Origin: an uncultured Desulfobacter sp.
GTDB lineage: Bacteria > Desulfobacterota > Desulfobacteria > Desulfobacterales > Desulfobacteraceae
Direction: 5' to 3'
Length of the DNA: 64,000 bases
Assembly: GCA_963665095.1 (NCBI GenBank)
Contig: OY762069.1
Span: forward strand, 5,440,001-5,504,000
Shown: positions 51,511-59,532 of the stretch, piece by piece
Layout: the number at the start of each line of letters is the position of its first letter
How positions within the stretch are numbered: position 1 is the stretch's first letter
Program-made: the position numbers and the translations under genes
Notes under the pieces: model-generated
The model's input: only the letters and a program-made list of their open reading frames with translations
Database searches by the model: none
What the model was told of the DNA's origin: nothing

Positions 51511-52245
51511 ATGCCTGATCTTGAGAAATGCCTGTCCCACTTAAAACTACCTTATATCAGGGAAAACTATGAGTCAGTGGCTACCCTGGCTGCCCAGAAG
51601 CAATGGAGCCACGTTCAATATCTATCAGAGCTTGCCAGGCATGAATCACTACTGCGCCATGATAAAACCATCCAGCGCCGTATCCGTATGGCCAAGTTCC
51701 CGGTAATCAAAACCCTGGACCAGTTCAACTGGTCATGGCCCAGAAAAATCAATCAGGCTCAGATCCAGAATCTGTTCAGACTCAAGTTCATTGAAGAAAA
51801 GGGTAACATTATCGTGATCGGCCCGGTCGGTGTTGGGAAAACACATATTGCGACTGCTTTAGGTTACCAGGCCTGCCTGAAAAACCATACGGTTCTGTTC
51901 TCTTCTGCCATTGATATCGTCAACAATCTGGTGGCAGCCCAGAAGGCGGGTCAGTTAAAGCAGGAACTGAGAAAATACCTCAAGCCAACTTTGTTGATCA
52001 TGGATGAACTGGGCTACCTGCCCATTGACAAGATTGGGGCAGACCTGTTGTTCCAAATTATCAGTCAGCGCTATGAGCAAGGAGCCATCATAATAACCAC
52101 AAACCGGGTGTTCAAAGATTGGCCGGAGATCTTCAACAATGACATGACATTAACATCAGCTTTGCTGGACAGGCTTCTTCACCACACCGAGCCTGTGGTC
52201 ATTGAGGGTAAGAGTTTTAGAATGAAAGATGTGACGGAAGAATAA
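51511..52245 (+). CDS. istB: IS21 helper ATPase IstB
   Basis: 'GPVGVGKTH', 'LLIMDELGYLP', 'TTN', 'ALLDRLLHH', 'GKSFR'. Confidence 0.95.
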   Translation: MPDLEKCLSHLKLPYIRENYESVATLAAQKQWSHVQYLSELARHESLLRHDKTIQRRIRMAKFPVIKTLDQFNWSWPRKINQAQIQNLFRLKFIEEKGNIIVIGPVGVGKTHIATALGYQACLKNHTVLFSSAIDIVNNLVAAQKAGQLKQELRKYLKPTLLIMDELGYLPIDKIGADLLFQIISQRYEQGAIIITTNRVFKDWPEIFNNDMTLTSALLDRLLHHTEPVVIEGKSFRMKDVTEE

Positions 52246-52809
52246 CAAAGCCGAGGCCGGTCTACATGCATCTGGAGGCCGGCCCTTTAATCGCCTACAT
52301 TTTTAAACCGGGAGATTTATGACATGTTCACGCCCCGCCTGACAGAGGCCATAGAAAACAAATGGCGTGATTTATATGGAATGGGCTATGTGAGAATTAA
52401 TTGTATAAAATTCAAAGACCGAAAACACGCGATTCGGTATATGCTTAAATACATAACCAAGGATATTAAAAAACCTGGAAAAAGAAAAAGGATATTCACT
52501 GCCTCAAGACACGCCTTACTTAAAATTGTTAAACCACGGTGGATGGCATTACAAGTTTATATTGGAAGAGTTACAGATAAAGGGGTTTCCGAAGAAAAGG
52601 TGTCTTACAATATGGATGTTGGGCATGGCTATTGCGGGGTTACAAGTTCGGATCGTATCGCGATAGTACCAAAAACACATATTCTTAAAACTATAATGGA
52701 AAGACGGCTACAGCAACTTCTCGTAACAGAGATTTAAGGTTTTGCATTGACTTCCATGCCCCTAAAATATAACACTCGATTGAATTCACATTCAATTATG
52801 GGGGTGTGT

Positions 52810-53940
52810 ATGTCTGGTACAATTGGCCGATATAAAAAATCCTGGTACGTTCGCTGGTGGGACAAAAAAGCTCAGACGGATATTAAAATATACCGATATA
52901 AAGGATTCAAGCTTGAAACCAGGGCTTTTGCCGAAAAGCTTCTTCGAGCAATGCAAGAAGATGTTGAGAAAGGGACTTTTTACATTGAAAAGTATACTCA
53001 AAGCGGCTTTTCTGGCGTTGTCCCCTTTATTGACCAGTGGTTAGAAAACGCCGAAGATTTGTCTCCAGCGACATATAAAGGATACCGGTCGTATGTTGAA
53101 AATCATTTAAGACCATTCTTCCAGAAGCATAGTCAACTTGATCTCCCTGATATCCAATTAGATGTACTCGAAAAGCTAAGAAAAAGCCTGAAAGAAAAGG
53201 GCCTATCTCCTAAAACGCAAATCAACATAATGTATGCTATGCATTTGATTTTGGATGAAGCCAAAAGAAGCCATCGAATTACCCACATGCCCTCTTTCCC
53301 CAAAAAAAGACAATACCAATATTCAAAAAAGCCTATTCAATGGTTGCCGGAAGATAGGCAGTTGGCGATTATTGAAAGTATACCAGAAGAACACAGACCC
53401 ATATTTTATTTTTTAAAATACCACTTACGACGCCCCGCTGAAGCCTGTGCCCTTCATAAAGAAGATTATTATGATGGCGTTTTCACCATTCACCGTTCAG
53501 TTTCTGCCCGGGAGCTCACTCAAAAGACTAAAACAGGTGAAATTCATACCATTCCTTGTCATCCTGATTTTGAAAAATATATCGCAATCGAAGCAGAGAA
53601 ACAGAAACTGTATGGAATCTTTTCGCCTTTTTTTTTCATAAACCCCCAAGCACGGTAACCTGGAAAGCGATATATGGGAGAAGCATTAAATAGACTTTGG
53701 AATAAAGCATGTATACTGGTAGGGGAGGATATTCCTCTTTATGCAGGGACAAAGCACAGCTCCTGTTCTCAATATATTAACGAACGGGGCTTATCTGAAT
53801 CTGAATTACAAATCATTACTGACCACGCCAGAATCGAATCCGTAAGGGCATACACGAAAACAGAAGTCAAAAGAAAACGAGAATTGATGATTAAAAATAT
53901 TTTCAAGATTAATGGTAAAAGAAAACAAACTAAAAAGTAG
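52810..53940 (+). pseudogene. Tyrosine recombinase/integrase with an in-frame nonsense codon
   Basis: 'RRPAEAC', 'KTKTG', 'LYAGTKHS', 'TDHA', 'RAY'. The two ORFs share a frame and are separated by TAA at 53656-53658. Confidence 0.85.
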
Positions 53941-54052
53941 GTATCTAATCTGCCATCGACATGGCCAGGTCAAATGATTTTTTCTTGCCTTTAAGCTTTA
54001 TTTTTGAGACTCTTTTTATAAAATTCATTTTAAATTGGGAGTTATTAATATA

Positions 54053-55699
54053 ATGCCGAATCTCTCTGTAGTTCCGAATAATTCTGAAGTTGATCGTAAA
54101 TCGGATAATAGCTCATTAATAAAAGAAATTGAGTCAAGATCAACGAAGGAGATAATAATAGGCTTTTCTGGAATGATGGGCAGTGGGATCTCTGGAATGG
54201 TTGAAACGTTTCAAAAAAAATTTGAGAAAAAGGGCTACGAAGCAAAGCACCTCAAGCTTAGTGATTTCATAAAAGAACGATACAACACCGTAAGGTTCCA
54301 GTTAGAGGATGATTATATAGATTATAAAACGTTAGATGAAGATCCTCAAAGATTAGAATTTTTCAAAAAGATAATAACACTGCAATCAATTGGAAACCAT
54401 TTACGAGAACAATATAGCACAAGTATTCTCTCGCAGTATGCACTTTCTAAAATTTTTAATGATCGGATTAGAAGGGATGTTAATGGAAAGGAGATAGAGG
54501 ACAACCTCGATAAAATTATAGAAGATACGAAAGAAGCTAATATCAAAAAAGTTACATTCATAGACAGTTTAAAACATATAGATGAATATAATCTCTTTAG
54601 GACTATTTATGGGAATATGTTCTATATGATCGGTGTATTGTGCCCTGAAAAAATTCGTATGGAACGTATTTTAAAGGACTACGACATTGAAGAACAGCAG
54701 CTTCAAATTTTGATTGACCGGGATAAAAAAGAAGATATAGAGAACGGTCAACAGACATTGAAGGTTTTGCAAGAAGCAGATATTTTTTTGAGAAATATTT
54801 CCTTGGATGAATCAAATGATAGCATCGAAAGATATGTGGATTTAATATTGGGAGAACCTTTTATTCGTCCAACGATTGATGAGTTTGGGATGTTTACGGC
54901 CCAAGCTGCAGCACGGCAGTCAGGATGCATTTCAAGACAAGTTGGAGCATCCATTTTCAGTAAGGATAACGACATTATTTCTACGGGTTGTAACGATGCC
55001 CCCATATTTGGTGGAGGGCATTATGCCAATGACGGTACTGTTCCTGATGGAGAACGAAAAGACAACAGATGTTGTTCATTAAGAGCTGAAAATAAATGTA
55101 AAAATACGGAGCAGTTGGATAAGATTCTTGAAGACATAAAAACTATTGTTAAAGAAAACGTAGGTGGAATAAATAATGAGGACACAGAATCTCTAAGCAG
55201 AAAAATTTTTAAAAACACACGATTAAAAAGTATAATAGAATTTTCCAAAGCAGTTCATGCTGAAATGGATGCGATCACTACGGCGGCACGTAATGGTGTT
55301 AATGCACTCAAAGGGGCAACTTTATATTGCACAACTTTTCCTTGCCATTTGTGTGCAACTAATATAATAGCAGCAGGAATAGAGAAGGTTTGTTATATAG
55401 AACCATACTTGAAAAGTTTAGCTGTTGATTTGCATGAAGATCAGGTAAATTTTGACCCCAAAACTATTGACCCAAATCATGAGGACAATAGAAACAAAGT
55501 CCTTTTTTTACCTTTTGAGGGTGTTGCGCCAAAGCAATATTTAAATATTTTTAGATCTTGTGAACGCAAAGAAAAAGATGGCACCAAAATCGAGTATGAT
55601 ATAAAAGAAGCGATCCCAGCATTAAAACAGATGATGGACTCCTACACAGATTATGAAAAAGCAATATCTAAGTCTTTTAATGATTTAATAGGGGAATAA
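54053..55699 (+). CDS. Anti-phage dCTP deaminase (AvcD-like; P-loop kinase-like + dCMP deaminase domains)
   Basis: 'EIIIGFSGMMGSG', 'IDSLKH..E', 'SGCISRQVGA', 'GCNDAP', 'VHAEMDAI', 'YCTTFPCHLCA', 'YIEPY.KS', 'PFEGVAP'. Confidence 0.9.
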   Translation: MPNLSVVPNNSEVDRKSDNSSLIKEIESRSTKEIIIGFSGMMGSGISGMVETFQKKFEKKGYEAKHLKLSDFIKERYNTVRFQLEDDYIDYKTLDEDPQRLEFFKKIITLQSIGNHLREQYSTSILSQYALSKIFNDRIRRDVNGKEIEDNLDKIIEDTKEANIKKVTFIDSLKHIDEYNLFRTIYGNMFYMIGVLCPEKIRMERILKDYDIEEQQLQILIDRDKKEDIENGQQTLKVLQEADIFLRNISLDESNDSIERYVDLILGEPFIRPTIDEFGMFTAQAAARQSGCISRQVGASIFSKDNDIISTGCNDAPIFGGGHYANDGTVPDGERKDNRCCSLRAENKCKNTEQLDKILEDIKTIVKENVGGINNEDTESLSRKIFKNTRLKSIIEFSKAVHAEMDAITTAARNGVNALKGATLYCTTFPCHLCATNIIAAGIEKVCYIEPYLKSLAVDLHEDQVNFDPKTIDPNHEDNRNKVLFLPFEGVAPKQYLNIFRSCERKEKDGTKIEYDIKEAIPALKQMMDSYTDYEKAISKSFNDLIGE

Positions 55700-55702
55700 C
55701 AA

Positions 55703-55882
55703 ATGAAACATTATAAATATATTCAATTAGAACTTCCCTTCACCTTTAGCAATGATAAAAAACCATCAAATATGGTTCCATTCCCACGTGAAAAAGTTCT
55801 TAAAAAAAGAGAAGAAGAACGGCTGAAAGCTATTGAAAAAGGTCTTGAAAAGAGTGTGAAGTCACTGCGATGGTATAAATAG
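55703..55882 (+). CDS. 59-aa small protein immediately downstream of the dCTP deaminase (absent from the ORF track)
   Basis: MKHYKYIQLELPFTFSNDKKPSNMVPFPREKVLKKREEERLKAIEKGLEKSVKSLRWYK*; GGGGA RBS; starts 3 nt after the deaminase stop and precedes the terminator. Confidence 0.6.
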   Translation: MKHYKYIQLELPFTFSNDKKPSNMVPFPREKVLKKREEERLKAIEKGLEKSVKSLRWYK

Positions 55883-55914
55883 TTTAAGTATAAAAAAAAT
55901 TAACGAAAATAAGG

Positions 55915-55945
55915 CCCGCTATCTCCTGATAGCGGGTTTATTTTT
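55915..55945 (+). terminator. Intrinsic terminator closing the deaminase/small-ORF unit
   Basis: CCCGCTATC-TCCT-GATAGCGGG followed by TTTATTTTT. Confidence 0.8.
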
Positions 55946-55995
55946 GATGATTTTAGGGTACCCATTAAATGAATAATCCTCATTAAAAATAAAAA

Positions 55996-56013
55996 CCCGA
56001 CAAAACCCGACAA
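55996..56013 (+). repeat. Tandem CCCGACAA(AA) repeat, putative integrase arm site (right)
   Basis: Identical to 45774-45791. Confidence 0.75.
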
Positions 56014-56072
56014 TTGCTTTATAAGAAATATATAACAACTTGAAATCGCATAAAATGTAAATAGATCTCTAT

Positions 56073-56102
56073 GGTTCGACTCCCATGTGCTTCCGCCATT
56101 TT
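56073..56102 (+). repeat. att site: duplicate of the selC 3' end
   Basis: GGTTCGACTCCCATGTGCTTCCGCCATTTT vs 45709-45738 (1 mismatch). Confidence 0.92.
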
Positions 56103-56128
56103 ATTTATAATTTCAATCAGTTAATTAT

Positions 56129-56228
56129 GATGGTCCCGTAAAAAGTCGAAAAAGGCAAAACCGCTATTAATAAATTCAGTATGTTATATCAAAAAATTTG
56201 CTAAAATCGGACTTTTTACGAGTGCATC
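56129..56228. mobile_element. 100-bp MITE
   Basis: Terminal IRs GATGGTCCCGTAAAAAGTC / GACTTTTTACGAGTGCATC (16/19), flanked by direct repeat AATTAT. Confidence 0.7.
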
Positions 56229-56357
56229 AATTATCAAAAGCCCTATCCCCAATAGTGCCAAAAGAGTTTCCCTGTTTTATTTCTACGGCCCAGGTGTTCA
56301 GCCAATTTTAAGGCTGTCTTTTCTGAAGTTCGGCCAAATTAAACTGCCGTTCGACAG

Positions 56358-56549
56358 TTGCAGGTTCATTTTAAGGGATACAAATCCTATATTAAAAATC
56401 ATATCAAGCCGTATTTCCAGAAAAGGCCGGAATTAATGTTGCACTACGTTCAACTTGATATCCTGACGGATTTTTTAATAAAGTCTTTAAATCTTACCAA
56501 GAAATCGTTGCATGATGGACGCGCACACGATATAAACCCCATGTCATAA
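56358..56549 (+). pseudogene. Fragment of a second, related integrase
   Basis: 'KGYKSYIKNHIKPYFQKRPELMLHYVQLDIL' aligns with 'KGYRSYVENHLRPFFQKHSQLDLPDIQLDVL' in the 52810 integrase. Confidence 0.7.
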
Positions 56550-56777
56550 TTTTTTATGCCGGTATCTGATCTGCGGCATTGTTCAACAAAGTTTTATTAA
56601 AAATTTCGCTTTCAGGATTAACTGGTCCGAAAGTAAATAACAGTACGTTTCAATATTACTGTATATGCGTCTTTATCAGCAGAGCTCTTGGTAAAAAGCT
56701 TTTGGTTTTACCCCTTATGACTATGCCCTGCATAGCGTAACGGGATAATTTTAACTGATATTTTTTAGGAGGGTGCA

Positions 56778-57761
56778 ATGAAATCACGCTTGATAGCTGC
56801 TCCGGTTTTACTATTTATGGCTCTATTTATGTTAACTGGTTGTGTTGGTCTTACTTATAAGATCAGTGATCCTGAAATTTCACAGGTAAAATATGATAAT
56901 ATCAAGGATAAGCAGGTAGCAATCAAAGTGGAAGATGCCAGAGAAAATAAAGAGTTTCACCTCAAGACTGCCAACCTGAAACAGGCAAATATAACACTTG
57001 CCAATGTTGAGAAGCCAATAGAGTGGCTGTCTCAGTCACTCAAGAACGAGTTTGAATCCCGGGGCATACCAGTAGTAATTGTTGACAAAGATTCCTCTGC
57101 AAAGGCAGATCTTGTGCTTATAGTCAAAAAGTACGAGATAGTCAGCCGACGCGTTAGCGGATTCTCTCCCTGGATAGCTACCCATACATTTTATGGTGAA
57201 CTTCAAGCAGAAAATAAAACTTACGAAGTTCCAGCTTTTTTCTGCGGGGGTAAAGTTCCGGTCTGGTCAATGAACGAGATTCTTGAACCGTGTTTTAATA
57301 TACCGATGTCAGTCGTTATAAAAGAGATAGCATCCAAGATCAATCGTTATGCCCTTAACTATAGCCTGAGCAACGCGACAGTTGAGCAGTTAGCTACGGG
57401 ATTAAAGCAGGGTGCGGACGCAAAAATTTCAGACTCATATAATTCAGTATTAGAACTTGGAGGGTCTAATAATCCCAATGCCATGAAGACCCTTATAGAG
57501 CTCTCAGAAAATGAAGATAGTATGATTAAAGCTGTGGCACTTTCGTCGATTGGTATACTTGGCGCGGAAAATGAATTCGATTTTCTTAAACAAAAGTACG
57601 AACAAAGCAGTGATTTACCAAAATTTATGGCGCTCAAATCTATTGGGGATATCGGCTCTGCCGAGGCAATGTCCTTCTTGGATCAAGTCAAAACGGGTGA
57701 AGCGTATAAGAGCCAGAACGGAGTTAAACACTGTGTGGATCTATATATAGACAAGCAATAA
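56778..57761 (+). CDS. Lipoprotein with C-terminal HEAT repeats
   Basis: Lipobox 'LTG-C'; 'AVALSSIGILG', 'MALKSIGDIG'. Confidence 0.7.
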   Translation: MKSRLIAAPVLLFMALFMLTGCVGLTYKISDPEISQVKYDNIKDKQVAIKVEDARENKEFHLKTANLKQANITLANVEKPIEWLSQSLKNEFESRGIPVVIVDKDSSAKADLVLIVKKYEIVSRRVSGFSPWIATHTFYGELQAENKTYEVPAFFCGGKVPVWSMNEILEPCFNIPMSVVIKEIASKINRYALNYSLSNATVEQLATGLKQGADAKISDSYNSVLELGGSNNPNAMKTLIELSENEDSMIKAVALSSIGILGAENEFDFLKQKYEQSSDLPKFMALKSIGDIGSAEAMSFLDQVKTGEAYKSQNGVKHCVDLYIDKQ

Positions 57762-57952
57762 AAAAGAGCATTGAAGGGAAACCATTATCGGGGCAGCCCA
57801 TTTATTTCGGCTTGCCCCTAACCCTAAATATGTATAAATTCTACGTGACACATATGCCGGCCGGTGCAAAAAGGTCACGGGATGATTTTAACCGTTCGCT
57901 TTCAGTGGAAATTTTTTAATGAGCAGTTTTGCTGTAAACAGGAGGTGCCAAG

Positions 57953-59530
57953 ATGTCGGGCATTCAGGGGACAACTTCCCGGGAAAATAAAATATATGAG
58001 ATTCTTCAGGCCTATTGCCGCGTTCCCAGTATTACGGCCTCTGATGGAGAGGCCCTGGTCCCGGAGTTTATAGGCCGGACACTTTCAGATGTCCCGTATT
58101 TTCAACAGAATCCGGATCATGTCGGAACCTGGGAGATCAAAAATGACCCCTATGGCCGGCAGGTTGCCTGGGCCATGATCAAAGGCGGCAGCAAACGAAC
58201 GGTTGTTTTAATGCATCATTTTGATGTGGTGGTCACAGACAATTACGGTCCTCTCAAACATCTGGCATTTGAACCGGACCAGCTTGAAGATGCCCTGAAA
58301 TCTGATCCTGCTATACTCACCGCCCAGGGCAAAACCGATTTATTTTCCGGAGAGTGGATGTTTGGCCGGGGGACTGCAGATATGAAGGGGGGCGGTGCCA
58401 TCCATCTGGCTCTGTTTGATGAATATGGCCGCCTTTCGGATGACGCCCGCAAAAACATGCCCACACTTGTTCTTCTGGCTGTTCCCGATGAAGAAAATAT
58501 GAGCGCCGGTATGCGTGCCGCCACAGGTCTGCTGTGCCATCTCAAAAAAAAATGGGACCTGGACTATGACCTGATGATTAACTCTGAGCCCCATCAGCGC
58601 TTGACCCCTGAAAACGGTCTTATCAGCCAGGGCTCCATTGGCAAGCTGCTGCTCTTTGTTTATGTCCGGGGAGTTATGGCCCATGCCGGGAAAGTGCTTG
58701 ACGGTCTGAACCCCACCGGGATCATGGCAGAAATTGTGGGCCGGACAGACCTGTCTGATGCGTTTCTGGATCAGGCCCATGGCCAGACCAGTATTCATCC
58801 GACCTGGATGCTGTCAAGGGATTTGAAAAAACACTATGACATCTCTTTCCCTGAGGCGTGCTATGGCATTTTCAATGTTCTGAACTTTCACACAGGCCCG
58901 GATGAGGTGCTCAAAAAGATGAGTGTTGTCTGCCGGGATGTTTTGGAAAGTTACCAGGAAGAGGTAAACCGGAAACGCCGGATTTTGTCGAAGCGTACCG
59001 GTCAGGACCTGCATCTTCTGGACTGGATGCCCTGCGTGATGCCCTACGGAGATTTAAAGGCCGCCACCCCGTCGCCGGAGTCCGGCATGGCGCTGACAGA
59101 GGAACTGGCCTTCCGTGCGGCAGGGTTTGAGCTGGAAAGCCCTCTGATTATCGTGGGATTCTGTCCACCCTATTATCCAGGGGTGAGCAATGCGGATCAG
59201 GAAACCCTGCATAAAATGGTCACCGATTTTACCCTGGCCCATTTTGATCAGGATTACGATAATGAGGCCTATTATACCGGCATCTGCGATTTAAGCTATG
59301 CCAAGGCCCCGGAAAATCCTGCGGCATTTGCCGATGCCATGGTTCATATGGCAGGGGGTGATGATTACCATATTGCCTTTGATGAAATTGAAACCATATC
59401 CATGGACTGCATCAATATCGGTCCCTGGGGGAAAGATTTTCACAAACCCTCGGAACGTGTACTCAAAGAGGACCTGTTTGTGCGCACCCCCCAGATCGTT
59501 GACCATATCATCCGCACCTATCACGTTTAG
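57953..59530 (+). CDS. M20-family metallohydrolase, RocB-like
   Basis: 'HFDVV', 'GRGTADMKGG', 'PDEENMSAGM', 'NSEP', 'NIGPWGKDFH...ERV'. Confidence 0.85.
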   Translation: MSGIQGTTSRENKIYEILQAYCRVPSITASDGEALVPEFIGRTLSDVPYFQQNPDHVGTWEIKNDPYGRQVAWAMIKGGSKRTVVLMHHFDVVVTDNYGPLKHLAFEPDQLEDALKSDPAILTAQGKTDLFSGEWMFGRGTADMKGGGAIHLALFDEYGRLSDDARKNMPTLVLLAVPDEENMSAGMRAATGLLCHLKKKWDLDYDLMINSEPHQRLTPENGLISQGSIGKLLLFVYVRGVMAHAGKVLDGLNPTGIMAEIVGRTDLSDAFLDQAHGQTSIHPTWMLSRDLKKHYDISFPEACYGIFNVLNFHTGPDEVLKKMSVVCRDVLESYQEEVNRKRRILSKRTGQDLHLLDWMPCVMPYGDLKAATPSPESGMALTEELAFRAAGFELESPLIIVGFCPPYYPGVSNADQETLHKMVTDFTLAHFDQDYDNEAYYTGICDLSYAKAPENPAAFADAMVHMAGGDDYHIAFDEIETISMDCINIGPWGKDFHKPSERVLKEDLFVRTPQIVDHIIRTYHV

Positions 59531-59532
59531 CG

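Larger units (their letters stand above)
48516..51518 (+). pseudogene. istA: IS21 transposase IstA, interrupted by IS3 near its 3' end
   Basis: 'SKLDPYK', 'PGEAAQVDWG', 'VDNLKSAV', 'EKGRVE'. Removing 49883-51409 restores the frame (...RVRSPQEPGAL...DKNA*). Confidence 0.9.
47466..52344 (+). mobile_element. IS21-family insertion sequence with two accessory ORFs
   Basis: TG...CA ends with imperfect IRs and internal TTGAAAATG-type repeats; 5-bp TSD GAGGC (47461-47465 and 52345-52349); encodes istA/istB. Confidence 0.93.
46864..52737 (+). pseudogene. HUH rolling-circle replication initiator, split by an IS21 element
   Basis: N-part has 'CNSWTCPVC', motif I 'FLTLT' and motif II 'ELQKDETPHFHVLL'; C-part has motif III 'YMLKYITK'. 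Removing 47466-52349 rejoins them in frame (...GILEAIENKW..., 329 aa from the GTG at 46864). Confidence 0.88.
45735..56102. mobile_element. Integrative element at selC with rolling-circle Rep, tyrosine integrase and dCTP deaminase
   Basis: att repeats 45709-45738 and 56073-56102 (29/30 identical); arm-like repeats inside both ends; AT-rich. Confidence 0.9.

Noticed and set aside
52324..52737. Stand-alone 137-aa gene
   Set aside because: Its start lies inside the IS21 right end; it is the C-terminal part of the interrupted Rep.
45735..56102. Complete filamentous prophage or conjugative element
   Set aside because: No Zot/pI ATPase, coat-protein-like ORFs, relaxase or T4SS genes are seen.
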